Shown piece after piece: positions 10,081 through 19,256 of a stretch of 64,000 nt of DNA; position 1 is the stretch's first letter, and each line of letters begins with the position of its first letter. The stretch is taken from positions 1-64,000 of IMG/VR virus record IMGVR_UViG_3300028197_001229; one strand, given 5' to 3'. The stretch comes from a virus. Below the pieces are notes generated by a model, which saw nothing but the letters and a program-made list of their open reading frames with translations, did not search any database and was not told the origin of the DNA. The translations under genes were made by a program, and so were the position numbers.

Positions 10081-13000
10081 ATGCCAAGGGAAGAAAGCAC
10101 AGCTGATGACTTTCCAGATAAAGGAGACTTCTTAACGCCTTCGGCTAAAAGAAAAAAACCTGACTGTGATAGGAAAACTCTAATACCAGATCCTTGTGAT
10201 TTAAGAGTAGATAGAAGAAAAAAAACAGACGGTAACAATGATTGTGCCGTAGCACCAATTGTACAGGTTTGTCCTGAAGATCTTGGAAAGTTTAAAATTC
10301 CAGAATTACCAGTAGTACCAACTGTGTTCATGCCTAAAAGGTCTGAACCCATAACACTAGCTCCTTTAAAAGTTATACCAGCACCTGAGCTTGAATGTAA
10401 CGACTCATTTACACTTAGTTGCCCATCAGAGGGATGGTTAGACGCAGATTGGGCTAGAGAAAATTTAGGCGAGTCATCAGGATCTAGTGGCGAAGGTTAC
10501 GAAATAATAGAAGATCAATTTGGGGGTGTTAGTAACTTAAAAGAACTTAATCTTGATTACGATCAACTTCCAGATGACCCAGATATATTTATTGCTCCAG
10601 AAGATGATGAAAAAGAATTTGGACGACAAGTAATTGTAACATCTTGTTCGTTTGTTGCGGCTACAAAAAAAGAAGCAAACAAGAAAGCTAGGATAAATGC
10701 CATACGGTCATTAGACTGTCAGTTCTGTAATCCAGAACTAGTAGTTAACTGTTTAGACCACCAAGAGATGGCATTGGGTATAGGTGGTGAGGGTTACACT
10801 GCTGAAAACACGTATATAGAGATTAAAGGAGATGGTAACGGAGCTGCTGCCGAAGTAGTAATAGAAGAAGGAACAGGGCGAGTTACAGGAATAAACGTAA
10901 CATCTGGTGGTGACAAGTATACCGCTATACTTGCTGAAATAATTGGTGACGGTATTGGTGCAGCTATAGGTGGTGCAACATTAGAAGACGAAGATGGTTG
11001 TGGTGGCCCTTTACTATCCATGACTCTCGGACAGGTTTTTCCTGACCCAGCTTACAACCCATTGGTAGACCCTCCTATATACAGTACACAAAAAGGTGCT
11101 TGCGTACCCAAGTGTACAACAACTTCACGGGAAAGTGTAGCAGTTGCTAGGGATGAAGCACTAGCTGAAGCATTGCGAAGTTTAGATTGCTCATACCAAA
11201 GCCCGGAACTACATAAAGACTGTCCTGAGGGTGAAGTACCTAACACTGGATTTGACATGCCAATGGGTGCGTTTAAGACACCTATAACAAGGGGTACGCA
11301 ACTAGAGGTTACGGAAAGTTCTCAAGAAATAATAGATGCACTAACATGTATACAAATCCCCTGCCCGGATGGATTCCCAGAAGCGATAGTAGATATACAG
11401 ATTAACGATCCTAATGAATCTTGCGATGATAATGGTGGAGGGCAAAATGGTTCTTGGTTTGATGCAAGCTTTGATGAGGCTAATTGTGAGTACAAACTAG
11501 AGGGTGTATTAGAGCTTCCAGAAATACCGTGTGCTTGTGGATTTGAAACCACGACGTCTATCAACGGCATGACCGTTATTAGTGGTAGTAACGTAGAAAC
11601 AAATTCAAATTCAGAGTGCGTTGGTTCTTTAGATATAGGTATAGATGTTATAGGTAACACCGAATGTGAGCTCATCTTTAACCTAGAAACATGTGAATTT
11701 GATCTGGCTATTGACCTGCCCGATCTAAAGATGAAATGTGAAGAGATATCCATGGGGGTATCTGGTGGAGAATTTAATGCAACTGTAAACAAATCCGATA
11801 CATTTGGTGTAGACGTTACAGCAAACGGCAATGGTTGTGTTAGTGGTGACGGTTGTTCTCTTGACCTAGAACTTCCTAGTTACGAACTTACTATAAACGT
11901 ACCTGATATTAATGTACCTTGTCCTGATGGTTTCAATACAGAAACAGAGATAAGTATAGAAGGTGGTGAAATTTGTATAGGTGGTGAGTGTGACACAGCA
12001 AGTGGAGCTTTTGATTTTGATTTCGACATAAACACTTGTCAGTTCACAGGAGTTATGGAGCTGAATATACCCAGCATCAATATTGGTTGTGGAGAGTTTG
12101 AAACTTCAGTTGCTATATCGGGTGGAAATTTTACAGGGCCCGAGCCAGAAGAACCTGGTGGTGGTGGTGATAGTGACTGTTCTGCATCGTTAGACATAAC
12201 ACCTACAATTGAGACATCTGGAAATGCCTCGGCTGACTTTACTATATCTAACTGTGGATTTGAGTTAGATATAACCCTACCAGATATAAGTATGGAGGTT
12301 CCGTGTCAGACTATAACAGCATCAGCATCAGGTGGTACTGTTGATGCATCTATAGTGACAGGAGGTTCTGCATTTGGGGTTAGCGTAACTACAACGCCTG
12401 AAGAGCCGTGTGTTACTGGGGATGGATGCGGTATTAGTATAGACATACCTAGTACTTCTATAGAAATAACTGTACCGGATATAGACATACCTGAAATACC
12501 TTGTCCCGAAGGATTTACAGCAATTTCAAGTATAAACATAGCAGGTGGTGTAATTGAAGTTACAGAAGATGGAAACACTACAACAGTTGGTGGAAATCCT
12601 GAAGCAAATGTAAATCTAACTATTGACATGAATACATGTCAAATAATTCAAACGATGTCGCTAACTCTGCCTAACGCAGAAATAGAAATCCCATCAGTTG
12701 AATGTGCTAATGGTTACTCAGCTTCTGGATCGCTAGGAGTTTCAGGTGGTGACGTAACAGCAGGTAACAACGTAACTGTAAGTAACAGCACCAACGCAAG
12801 TGGTAACGCAACACTTACATCATCAAATTGCGGTATCGAACTTAGTGGAGATATAGTATTACCATCGTATCAAATAGACGTTGATATACCAGCTATGACC
12901 TGCGCAGATGGTTATTCAGCTTCTGGTAATATTGACGTTAGTGGTGGTAGTGTTTCTGGAGGAAATAACGTCACAATCTCCGGTGGTAATGGTGGTGCTA

Positions 13001-13800
13001 GTAGTAACGTATCATTTTCACAGAGTCAGTGCGCAATGGAAATTTCTGGTTCAATTATTCTACCAGACCTTACCATAGACGTTGATTTACCCAACATACC
13101 ATGTGCAAACGGATACTCAGTATCTGGAAGCCCATCTGTTACTGGTGGCAGTATTTCGGGAGGAAATAACGTAACAGTCTCCGGGGGTAACAGTGGAGCT
13201 AGCGGTAACTTATCACTCAGTGGTTCGGGGTGTAATATAACACTAGATGGTGAAATTACATTACCTGACGTTAGCATAGATGTTGATCTGCCAGCTTGTG
13301 CAGCTAATGGTTACACATTTTCAGGATCAGCAACAGTCTCTGGGGGAGCTGTATCTGGTGGTGATGGTATAACAGTGAGTGGTGGGAGTAGTGGAGCTAG
13401 TGGTAATGTAACAATAACTGAAAGTGGTTGTGGTGTAACTTTAGATGGTGCAATTACATTACCTGACATTACAATTACAGCATCTGCTGCAACATGTCCA
13501 AATGGAGTTTCAGGAGAAGGTACGGCAACAGTCTCTGGGGGAGCTATATCTGGTGGTGAGGGTATAACTGTTTCTGGCGGAAATAGTGGAGCTAGTGGTA
13601 ATGTAACTTTGTCCGGATCTGGTTGTAACCTATCACTCAGTGGTGAGATAAGTCTTCCAGATGTAACCATTACGGCTGAAGCAATAGATTGTGCAAATGT
13701 TACTGGGGCTATGTGTGAAGATGATTACACCGAAACTAGTCTTGACGTTTGTGACTCTAGCGGCAATACCACATCCATAACTGTATTAGTAAAAACGTAA
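10081..13800 (+). CDS. Cys-rich repeat protein, probable tail fibre/appendage
   Basis: 1239 aa, acidic and Gly/Ser-rich, with regularly spaced Cys and ~65-67 aa repeats, in the tail module. Confidence 0.55.
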   Translation: MPREESTADDFPDKGDFLTPSAKRKKPDCDRKTLIPDPCDLRVDRRKKTDGNNDCAVAPIVQVCPEDLGKFKIPELPVVPTVFMPKRSEPITLAPLKVIPAPELECNDSFTLSCPSEGWLDADWARENLGESSGSSGEGYEIIEDQFGGVSNLKELNLDYDQLPDDPDIFIAPEDDEKEFGRQVIVTSCSFVAATKKEANKKARINAIRSLDCQFCNPELVVNCLDHQEMALGIGGEGYTAENTYIEIKGDGNGAAAEVVIEEGTGRVTGINVTSGGDKYTAILAEIIGDGIGAAIGGATLEDEDGCGGPLLSMTLGQVFPDPAYNPLVDPPIYSTQKGACVPKCTTTSRESVAVARDEALAEALRSLDCSYQSPELHKDCPEGEVPNTGFDMPMGAFKTPITRGTQLEVTESSQEIIDALTCIQIPCPDGFPEAIVDIQINDPNESCDDNGGGQNGSWFDASFDEANCEYKLEGVLELPEIPCACGFETTTSINGMTVISGSNVETNSNSECVGSLDIGIDVIGNTECELIFNLETCEFDLAIDLPDLKMKCEEISMGVSGGEFNATVNKSDTFGVDVTANGNGCVSGDGCSLDLELPSYELTINVPDINVPCPDGFNTETEISIEGGEICIGGECDTASGAFDFDFDINTCQFTGVMELNIPSINIGCGEFETSVAISGGNFTGPEPEEPGGGGDSDCSASLDITPTIETSGNASADFTISNCGFELDITLPDISMEVPCQTITASASGGTVDASIVTGGSAFGVSVTTTPEEPCVTGDGCGISIDIPSTSIEITVPDIDIPEIPCPEGFTAISSINIAGGVIEVTEDGNTTTVGGNPEANVNLTIDMNTCQIIQTMSLTLPNAEIEIPSVECANGYSASGSLGVSGGDVTAGNNVTVSNSTNASGNATLTSSNCGIELSGDIVLPSYQIDVDIPAMTCADGYSASGNIDVSGGSVSGGNNVTISGGNGGASSNVSFSQSQCAMEISGSIILPDLTIDVDLPNIPCANGYSVSGSPSVTGGSISGGNNVTVSGGNSGASGNLSLSGSGCNITLDGEITLPDVSIDVDLPACAANGYTFSGSATVSGGAVSGGDGITVSGGSSGASGNVTITESGCGVTLDGAITLPDITITASAATCPNGVSGEGTATVSGGAISGGEGITVSGGNSGASGNVTLSGSGCNLSLSGEISLPDVTITAEAIDCANVTGAMCEDDYTETSLDVCDSSGNTTSITVLVKT
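12703..13689 (+). repeat. Five tandem ~198-nt coding repeats (C-x-x-G-Y...C...LP...)
   Basis: Units start at Cys codons 12703, 12901, 13102, 13297 and 13495. Shared DNA words include gcaacagtctctgggggagct and agtggagctagtggtaatgtaac. Confidence 0.85.
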
Positions 13801-13804
13801 AATT

Positions 13805-14017
13805 ATGATAGAGAAAATAGACTACACGATAATTATAAACAATTTTTTCAGAGACAATGAGTTACCTAATGAAAAACTCAAAGAAATACACCAAAACTAT
13901 AAAAATGAACTAGAAGGGTTGGGTAAGAATGGAGGTTGTACTCGTTGTAAGAAAAATACAGTACGTAGAAAATATAAGAAGCTTATACTTGAGCATCTAA
14001 AAACTTTAAAAAAGTAA
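13805..14017 (+). CDS. Small basic CxxC protein (paralog of 15143..15352)
   Basis: YKNELEGLGKNGGCTRCKKNTVRRKYK aligns with YIKELRATNSGGGCAACKRMSLVTKYK. Confidence 0.7.
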   Translation: MIEKIDYTIIINNFFRDNELPNEKLKEIHQNYKNELEGLGKNGGCTRCKKNTVRRKYKKLILEHLKTLKK

Positions 14018-14367
14018 TGGTTTTAGTTTACGGATGTACTTACGAGGAGAACTGCGCTTGCGACCCATGTTGTTGCAACACTACGCCTAATTGTGACTCC
14101 TCAAAAGGAGATGATTTAAAATTTTTTGAAGATTCTGGATGTTGTTATGGACCATGGGACACCTACATAAAAAAGAAAGGTGCGTGGGTACTGGAGCATA
14201 CTATATACTGCCTATCAGATGTATATGATTACTACCATGGAGGCCCGGGTGGTATGACTGATGAATACGTAGTCGTACTTTCTGGAAGACCTATAACTTG
14301 GGACTCTGTAGAAGATCCAGAGACGCCTGAGTGTTGGTTTGATTTAGACCCTTATAAACCTAGTTAA
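14017..14367 (+). CDS. Small Cys-rich protein
   Basis: Contains CTYEENCACDPCCCNTTPNC; TAATG overlap with the upstream gene. Confidence 0.6.
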   Translation: MVLVYGCTYEENCACDPCCCNTTPNCDSSKGDDLKFFEDSGCCYGPWDTYIKKKGAWVLEHTIYCLSDVYDYYHGGPGGMTDEYVVVLSGRPITWDSVEDPETPECWFDLDPYKPS

Positions 14368-14410
14368 TTTTTTACTTGCATGGTTCTACAGCCATCTGTA
14401 GATCATAGGT

Positions 14411-14761
14411 ATGTTTGATTATGTATTATATTACATTGTTGGCGGACTTGCGGTATGTGGATTACAAACAATTTGGTTTTGTAGTAATTTCCCAATACAT
14501 GTACTGAGCTTGATTCGTGTTATTAAGCCCAAAGATGAAGTCTACAATTGGGACGACTTACCCATACACTTAATAACGAAAAGTGATTTCTTTGGAGAGT
14601 TACTGTGTTGTACAGTATGTTTAAGTGTTTGGCTCTCAGTAACTGTAGCTATAATTCAAACTTATTTTTTAGAATTAGATTTAACATACCTTCCCGGTGC
14701 AATACTAGGTTGGCCAGCCATAGCGTATTTGATGTACACAACTACAGATAAGAATGAGTAA
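14411..14761 (+). CDS. Membrane protein with CxxC, DUF1360-like
   Basis: Several hydrophobic segments. FFGELLCCTVCLSVW resembles the DUF1360 motif geLl-C-x-x-C-s-x-W. Confidence 0.55.
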   Translation: MFDYVLYYIVGGLAVCGLQTIWFCSNFPIHVLSLIRVIKPKDEVYNWDDLPIHLITKSDFFGELLCCTVCLSVWLSVTVAIIQTYFLELDLTYLPGAILGWPAIAYLMYTTTDKNE

Positions 14762-15146
14762 AATAATAGAAGACCTTTTCGACACAGATGAGATAAGTAT
14801 GCCGGTGTCTGTACAGATGCCTGAGAGAAAAAAAATAACAATTAAGCCTGTGGAGATGCGGAGTAACTCAGCACCCGACCCTGCATATACAGTTATTAAA
14901 AAGAATTCTCTAACAGAGACAGAGCATGAAATCTATAACGTAGCACTAGAAGGTATAGACGCTGTATCAAGGCAATTTGGAAAAATGGATGAGCGTTTAG
15001 CTAGAGACTGTGCTAAAATAAAATTAGAATTATTAGATATTCTAGCTAGGAAGTTTGGTTATAGGAACGCAACCGCAGCAAAGGATGATGGGTTGAGTTT
15101 TAAATTAAAGGGTAACTATGAGGTGGAACTACTAAAAGCTAGATGA
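14754..15146 (+). CDS. Hypothetical protein (paralog of 15345..15740)
   Basis: LTETEHE...LLDILARKFGY...AAKDDGLSFKLK aligns with LTEMEYG...IWDDIVKRFGF...TASEAGFTFGLK. Confidence 0.65.
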   Translation: MSKIIEDLFDTDEISMPVSVQMPERKKITIKPVEMRSNSAPDPAYTVIKKNSLTETEHEIYNVALEGIDAVSRQFGKMDERLARDCAKIKLELLDILARKFGYRNATAAKDDGLSFKLKGNYEVELLKAR

Positions 15147-15352
15147 GAAGATTAGAAGATAAGTATATAGGTAACTTCTTTAAGTTAGGAAACAAGTGTG
15201 AGTTCCCTGGGTGTGAGGGTTTAAGAAATTCTTATATTAAGGAGTTGAGAGCCACGAACAGTGGTGGGGGATGTGCTGCTTGTAAGCGTATGTCGTTAGT
15301 AACAAAGTATAAAAACATTATTAAAGGAAGGATAGGAGATTCAAATGGTTAA
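15143..15352 (+). CDS. Small basic CxxC protein (paralog of 13805..14017)
   Basis: CEFPGC and GGGCAAC motifs; ATGA overlap. Confidence 0.7.
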   Translation: MRRLEDKYIGNFFKLGNKCEFPGCEGLRNSYIKELRATNSGGGCAACKRMSLVTKYKNIIKGRIGDSNG

Positions 15353-15740
15353 AGTAACAAGTAAAGACAAAATGTTAGAAGTGGAAGCGCCGCAAGAAAT
15401 TCGTGAAACTGCGGAGGATGCTATTATAACTGAAACTGAAAACAAAGAAACAGTTTATGAGGAAGCTCCAAAAGAGATAAGTCATAATCCACCGAAACAC
15501 ATAACGTTGACCGAGATGGAGTATGGGGCTGTATCAAAGACGCTACAGACTATAGGTACGCTAAAAGAAACAATAAGCGGTGACAGTGAGGAAACAAAGG
15601 CACAAATAAACATGCTCGAAGTATCAATATGGGATGACATTGTAAAGAGATTTGGGTTTGAATCTGTAGAAACAGCATCAGAAGCTGGCTTCACTTTTGG
15701 CTTAAAAAGATTGTACGTTGCAGAATGTACTAAAAAGTGA
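15345..15740 (+). CDS. Hypothetical protein (paralog of 14754..15146)
   Basis: Same alignment as given for 14754..15146. Confidence 0.65.
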   Translation: MVKVTSKDKMLEVEAPQEIRETAEDAIITETENKETVYEEAPKEISHNPPKHITLTEMEYGAVSKTLQTIGTLKETISGDSEETKAQINMLEVSIWDDIVKRFGFESVETASEAGFTFGLKRLYVAECTKK

Positions 15741-15742
15741 GC

Positions 15743-15785
15743 TTGCTTTGAATAATTAACCTCTGTATCATACAGAGGTTAATTA
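15743..15785 (+). promoter_or_regulatory. Sigma70-like promoter overlapped by a perfect 15-bp inverted repeat
   Basis: TTGCTT(15743)-N17-TATCAT(15766). The inverted repeat taattaacctctgta-tca-tacagaggttaatta (15753-15785) ends at the base before the sigma ATG. Confidence 0.6.
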
Positions 15786-16487
15786 ATGAAAAATAGTACA
15801 ATAGTAGAAGACGGTTATAATAACTACGTAATAGATCCCACACCTGAAAACCTTTCAGTTGTAGTTAACAGTTTAAAACCAACCATTGATTATCAGCTAG
15901 CTTCGTTAGGAGCTAATTCGGATCCTGTAATGAAAAATAAAGCTATGCTTTACACAGCTCGGGCTGTAAAAGACTTTGACCCCGAAAGGAGTAGTCTTCC
16001 TACTTTTGTATCTTCACAACTTAGACGATTGTCACGTGACAGGAGAAACTCACTAAGCCCAGTGCGAGTTCCAGAACGTGTTCAATTAGAAGCATTTGGA
16101 TTACACAGGTCTGAGTTAGAGTATATAGATAAACATCAGAGGGAGCCAACTGTAGCAGAGCTTGCAGATTTTTCTAATATGTCTGTTAAGAAAGTTACAG
16201 ATGTAAGGAACGCTATGGTAGCGGTACCAACCGAAGAAGCTTTCGGAGAGCAAATGGAGAACGCAGTTCCAGACTACCTAAGTGAAGCCACAGACTATAT
16301 TTACGCGGACTCTGATTATATCGATAGGAAGATAATAGAACTAAAGACAGGGTACGGTGGTACTCAGACTATGCTAAAGGCTACAGAAATTGCAACTAAG
16401 CTTAACGTAAGTCCTTCGCAAATCAGTAGAAGATCTATGAGATTATCTAAAAAAATAAATGAAATTAAAGATGCTTTAGAATCATGA
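15786..16487 (+). CDS. Phage RNA polymerase sigma factor (sigma70 family, SigB/F/G- or FliA-like architecture)
   Basis: Region 2: DFDPERSSLPTFVSSQLRRLSRDRRNSLSPVRVPE. Region 3: REPTVAELADFSNMSVKKV. Region 4 HTH: DRKIIELKTG...EIATKLNVSPSQISR. Confidence 0.85.
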   Translation: MKNSTIVEDGYNNYVIDPTPENLSVVVNSLKPTIDYQLASLGANSDPVMKNKAMLYTARAVKDFDPERSSLPTFVSSQLRRLSRDRRNSLSPVRVPERVQLEAFGLHRSELEYIDKHQREPTVAELADFSNMSVKKVTDVRNAMVAVPTEEAFGEQMENAVPDYLSEATDYIYADSDYIDRKIIELKTGYGGTQTMLKATEIATKLNVSPSQISRRSMRLSKKINEIKDALES

Positions 16488-16840
16488 AAGTTGAATCAAC
16501 AAAAAATACTGTAGTCAAAAGAGAAGAGAAAAATCTAAAAACTACAGAAGATGTACGTAACGGTCAGAAACAATTTCACTTCATGAGTGAGCTCAATCCC
16601 AAAATAAAAACTCAGTTAACATGGTTTGACTCGGTAGTTAAGCAGTGGAATGAAAAGTCAATTGAGGAAGCAACAAGTTACAACAGGATGAATCATGCTG
16701 CAGCTTTTGCGTTACAGCGAGACGCCAACTACTGTTACTCTGACAGAAAAAGGCTCATGTGTATGGGTCACGATAGTAGGTTTGAAAGTTCATACCAAGA
16801 GCAGGTTAGGGCATATCTAGCAACAAACATAAAAGACTAA
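16484..16840 (+). CDS. Hypothetical protein
   Basis: 118 aa, overlapping start/stop codons on both sides. Confidence 0.6.
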   Translation: MKVESTKNTVVKREEKNLKTTEDVRNGQKQFHFMSELNPKIKTQLTWFDSVVKQWNEKSIEEATSYNRMNHAAAFALQRDANYCYSDRKRLMCMGHDSRFESSYQEQVRAYLATNIKD

Positions 16841-17229
16841 TGAGAGCTATACAACTAAACTTCGAAGGAAGAGGTGCTGTTTTTAACTTTGACACACCTA
16901 TAGATGGCTTCACGTCAACTGTACAGAATTGTTTAGTTAACATAGGTCAAAAAGAAAACACAGATATAATTTATCCAAATAAAGGAACAGCTATACATAA
17001 CAACGCAGTTTCCGGAGGTTTAACATCTCCCGATTTGTTAGAAACAGCTTTATACGAATTAGCTACAGAAACACAGGATTTTGTACAAGATACAGAAGAA
17101 GATTTCAGCGAAGAAGAGTTAGCAGCTTTGGAAATTGAACTTGAAGTTTGGCAAGGGGATAAAGCCCGGGTCGAAGTTACAGCAACATCATCTACGGGTA
17201 CTATAGTCGGCAACATTTCTGAAATATAA
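16840..17229 (+). CDS. Baseplate wedge protein, gp25/GpW-like
   Basis: 129 aa with VQNCLVNIGQKENTDIIYPNKGT and a C-terminal beta hairpin; directly upstream of the J-like gene. Confidence 0.55.
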   Translation: MRAIQLNFEGRGAVFNFDTPIDGFTSTVQNCLVNIGQKENTDIIYPNKGTAIHNNAVSGGLTSPDLLETALYELATETQDFVQDTEEDFSEEELAALEIELEVWQGDKARVEVTATSSTGTIVGNISEI

Positions 17230-19256
17230 TGGAAATTAAAATAACAGATTATTTACCTAAAATATCAGAAGTACCAACCGAGCTGGTATCGGATGTCCGG
17301 TCTAGGTTGACTGCATATTTAAAAACTAAAGAAGAGTTTAAAGATATAGACTGTAGACCTAACTCGGTAGTTGGAGATTTAATAATATCTCCGTTGGCTC
17401 ACCTGGTAGCATCTTTAGAGCTAGGAATGAACAGGATAACTTCAGACATAGACTTAGCTAACGTAGCTGAGGGTACAATATACAATTGTGACTTTGTAAA
17501 ACAATACCTTAATAATTTCGGTCAAGGTCAAGTTTATGAGTATCCATCTACTGGCATTGTACAACTTACGTACAGTGATCCTACTTCAAAAATTTTAGAC
17601 TACGGAACTAAGTTTATGTTTGGTGCAGATGGTGGCGATAACTACATCTACGAGCTAGTTGGTGTTACCAATAATCTTAAAATAAAGAGCCCTTACGAAC
17701 AGATTGATTTAAATAATCCTGATGAAAAACAGTTAGTAAAAGTTTCTGAAAATAAGTATGTTATAAATTTAGCTGTAAAAGGACCTGCCGGTGTTGGTGT
17801 AAACGCAAATACGGATGCCGCTACTGATGTTCCGCACTCCTCTCTAATCTCAGCTAAAGCTTTGGGAGACTTCGATAGGGGTACGCTTCCAGAAAACATA
17901 ATGGAGCTAGCCAATAACGTACAGAAGACATATTACTCATCTAGTTTAAACAATAGGTCTGGTGCTGTAAGTTTTGTGATGCAGACATTTCCAGAAGCTA
18001 GAGGGGTTTCTCCAGTTATAAACGGAGACGTAGAAATGACCCGTGATAAAACTAACATATTAGGTGTTAAAACTGGGGCTATGGATATTTACATAAAATC
18101 TAGAGATAGGTATCTAGTAACCGAACAAGAGGCTAAGTTAGTTTACGATAACGATCGTGACTTATGGTTAGGCGCAACAGATGCCATAGAGCCTATGTTA
18201 TGGGTTGATAGTATACGTCGTGTAGGATCAGAAGAAATTTCTGTAATAGAAAATGTATATGGGAAATCATTAAATACAGAATTATGTCCTGACATGTCAG
18301 GATCTTACTCAAAATTTGAAAAACTAGGATTTGAAATAAGAGAAGGAGTAACCTCAGATGATGTTACTCCTGAAAATTATGTAAACGGTAGTTTGAATGA
18401 AGATGTTTTATCTAGTGATGTAAAGATAAGTATTATAGGTCAGTACCGTGGAGATGTATACATTAGCGATTACGAGCGGAACTTTACTTTACAATTCACA
18501 GATGTATTTACCGATGAGACTGATGGTCAGCCTAAGGTAAAAGCTATACTGCGAGACGACAAGTACCAAGATATTAGAATGGAACTTATACTCTCTCAGA
18601 ACCCTGATAACACTACAATGGCTCAGATAGAAAACTTATCTGAATTTAACGATTTTCTTAAAGGTATAGATATAGCTATCAGGAATCAATCTGGAACATT
18701 TAGTGAGAAGATATCGGTTCTTTCCGGTAATTCCGTAAGGTTAAAGATTACTGGTCGCGGTGGTGTATTTATAGTACGTTACAGATACGACCCAAGTTAT
18801 AGTATCGTAGATAAAACAGTTTCTGGTAAAGATGTACAGCCTGTTAATACGAGTGTACTTACCCGTAACTTCAAAACTTGTTATGTAAACAAAATCAATA
18901 TAGATTACAGAAAAAAATCAGGGCAAAATGTAGATTTACTCAAAGCTAAAGAAGAAATTGTAAACTACGTAAACAGACTGACATACCCTTACTCTTACGA
19001 AGAATATACGATTGCAGAAATAATGTTATATTATGGTGCCGAGGGTGTTCAGAAAATAACACAAGATGGACAGTTTTTTAGAACTTTAGCTAATATATAT
19101 TCGGTAGAAACGAGTGGGGATCATACGCTTATTGATGTAGAGAACCCTTACAGTACAACATTACAGCCGCCTGATAATGTGGACGGTATCGGACCTAGAA
19201 ACATAAACTATATACTGGACGGAGATAACGTCGTATTTAATGCAATACTCCTCTAA
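17229..19256 (+). CDS. Baseplate J-like wedge protein
   Basis: IDCRPNSVVGDLIISP, STGIVQLTYS...LDYGTKF and GPAGVGVNA fit Baseplate_J / gp6-type motifs. Confidence 0.7.
   Translation: MEIKITDYLPKISEVPTELVSDVRSRLTAYLKTKEEFKDIDCRPNSVVGDLIISPLAHLVASLELGMNRITSDIDLANVAEGTIYNCDFVKQYLNNFGQGQVYEYPSTGIVQLTYSDPTSKILDYGTKFMFGADGGDNYIYELVGVTNNLKIKSPYEQIDLNNPDEKQLVKVSENKYVINLAVKGPAGVGVNANTDAATDVPHSSLISAKALGDFDRGTLPENIMELANNVQKTYYSSSLNNRSGAVSFVMQTFPEARGVSPVINGDVEMTRDKTNILGVKTGAMDIYIKSRDRYLVTEQEAKLVYDNDRDLWLGATDAIEPMLWVDSIRRVGSEEISVIENVYGKSLNTELCPDMSGSYSKFEKLGFEIREGVTSDDVTPENYVNGSLNEDVLSSDVKISIIGQYRGDVYISDYERNFTLQFTDVFTDETDGQPKVKAILRDDKYQDIRMELILSQNPDNTTMAQIENLSEFNDFLKGIDIAIRNQSGTFSEKISVLSGNSVRLKITGRGGVFIVRYRYDPSYSIVDKTVSGKDVQPVNTSVLTRNFKTCYVNKINIDYRKKSGQNVDLLKAKEEIVNYVNRLTYPYSYEEYTIAEIMLYYGAEGVQKITQDGQFFRTLANIYSVETSGDHTLIDVENPYSTTLQPPDNVDGIGPRNINYILDGDNVVFNAILL

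Noticed and set aside
627-13670. Numerous short minus-strand ORFs (S/P/L-rich)
   Set aside because: They are antisense shadows of long + strand genes with low-complexity translations and no motifs.
14376-14406. Promoter/operator before the DUF1360-like gene (TTGCAT plus ctacag-ccat-ctgtag palindrome)
   Set aside because: The -10 match at 17-bp spacing is poor (TAGATC), and a 6-bp palindrome can arise by chance.
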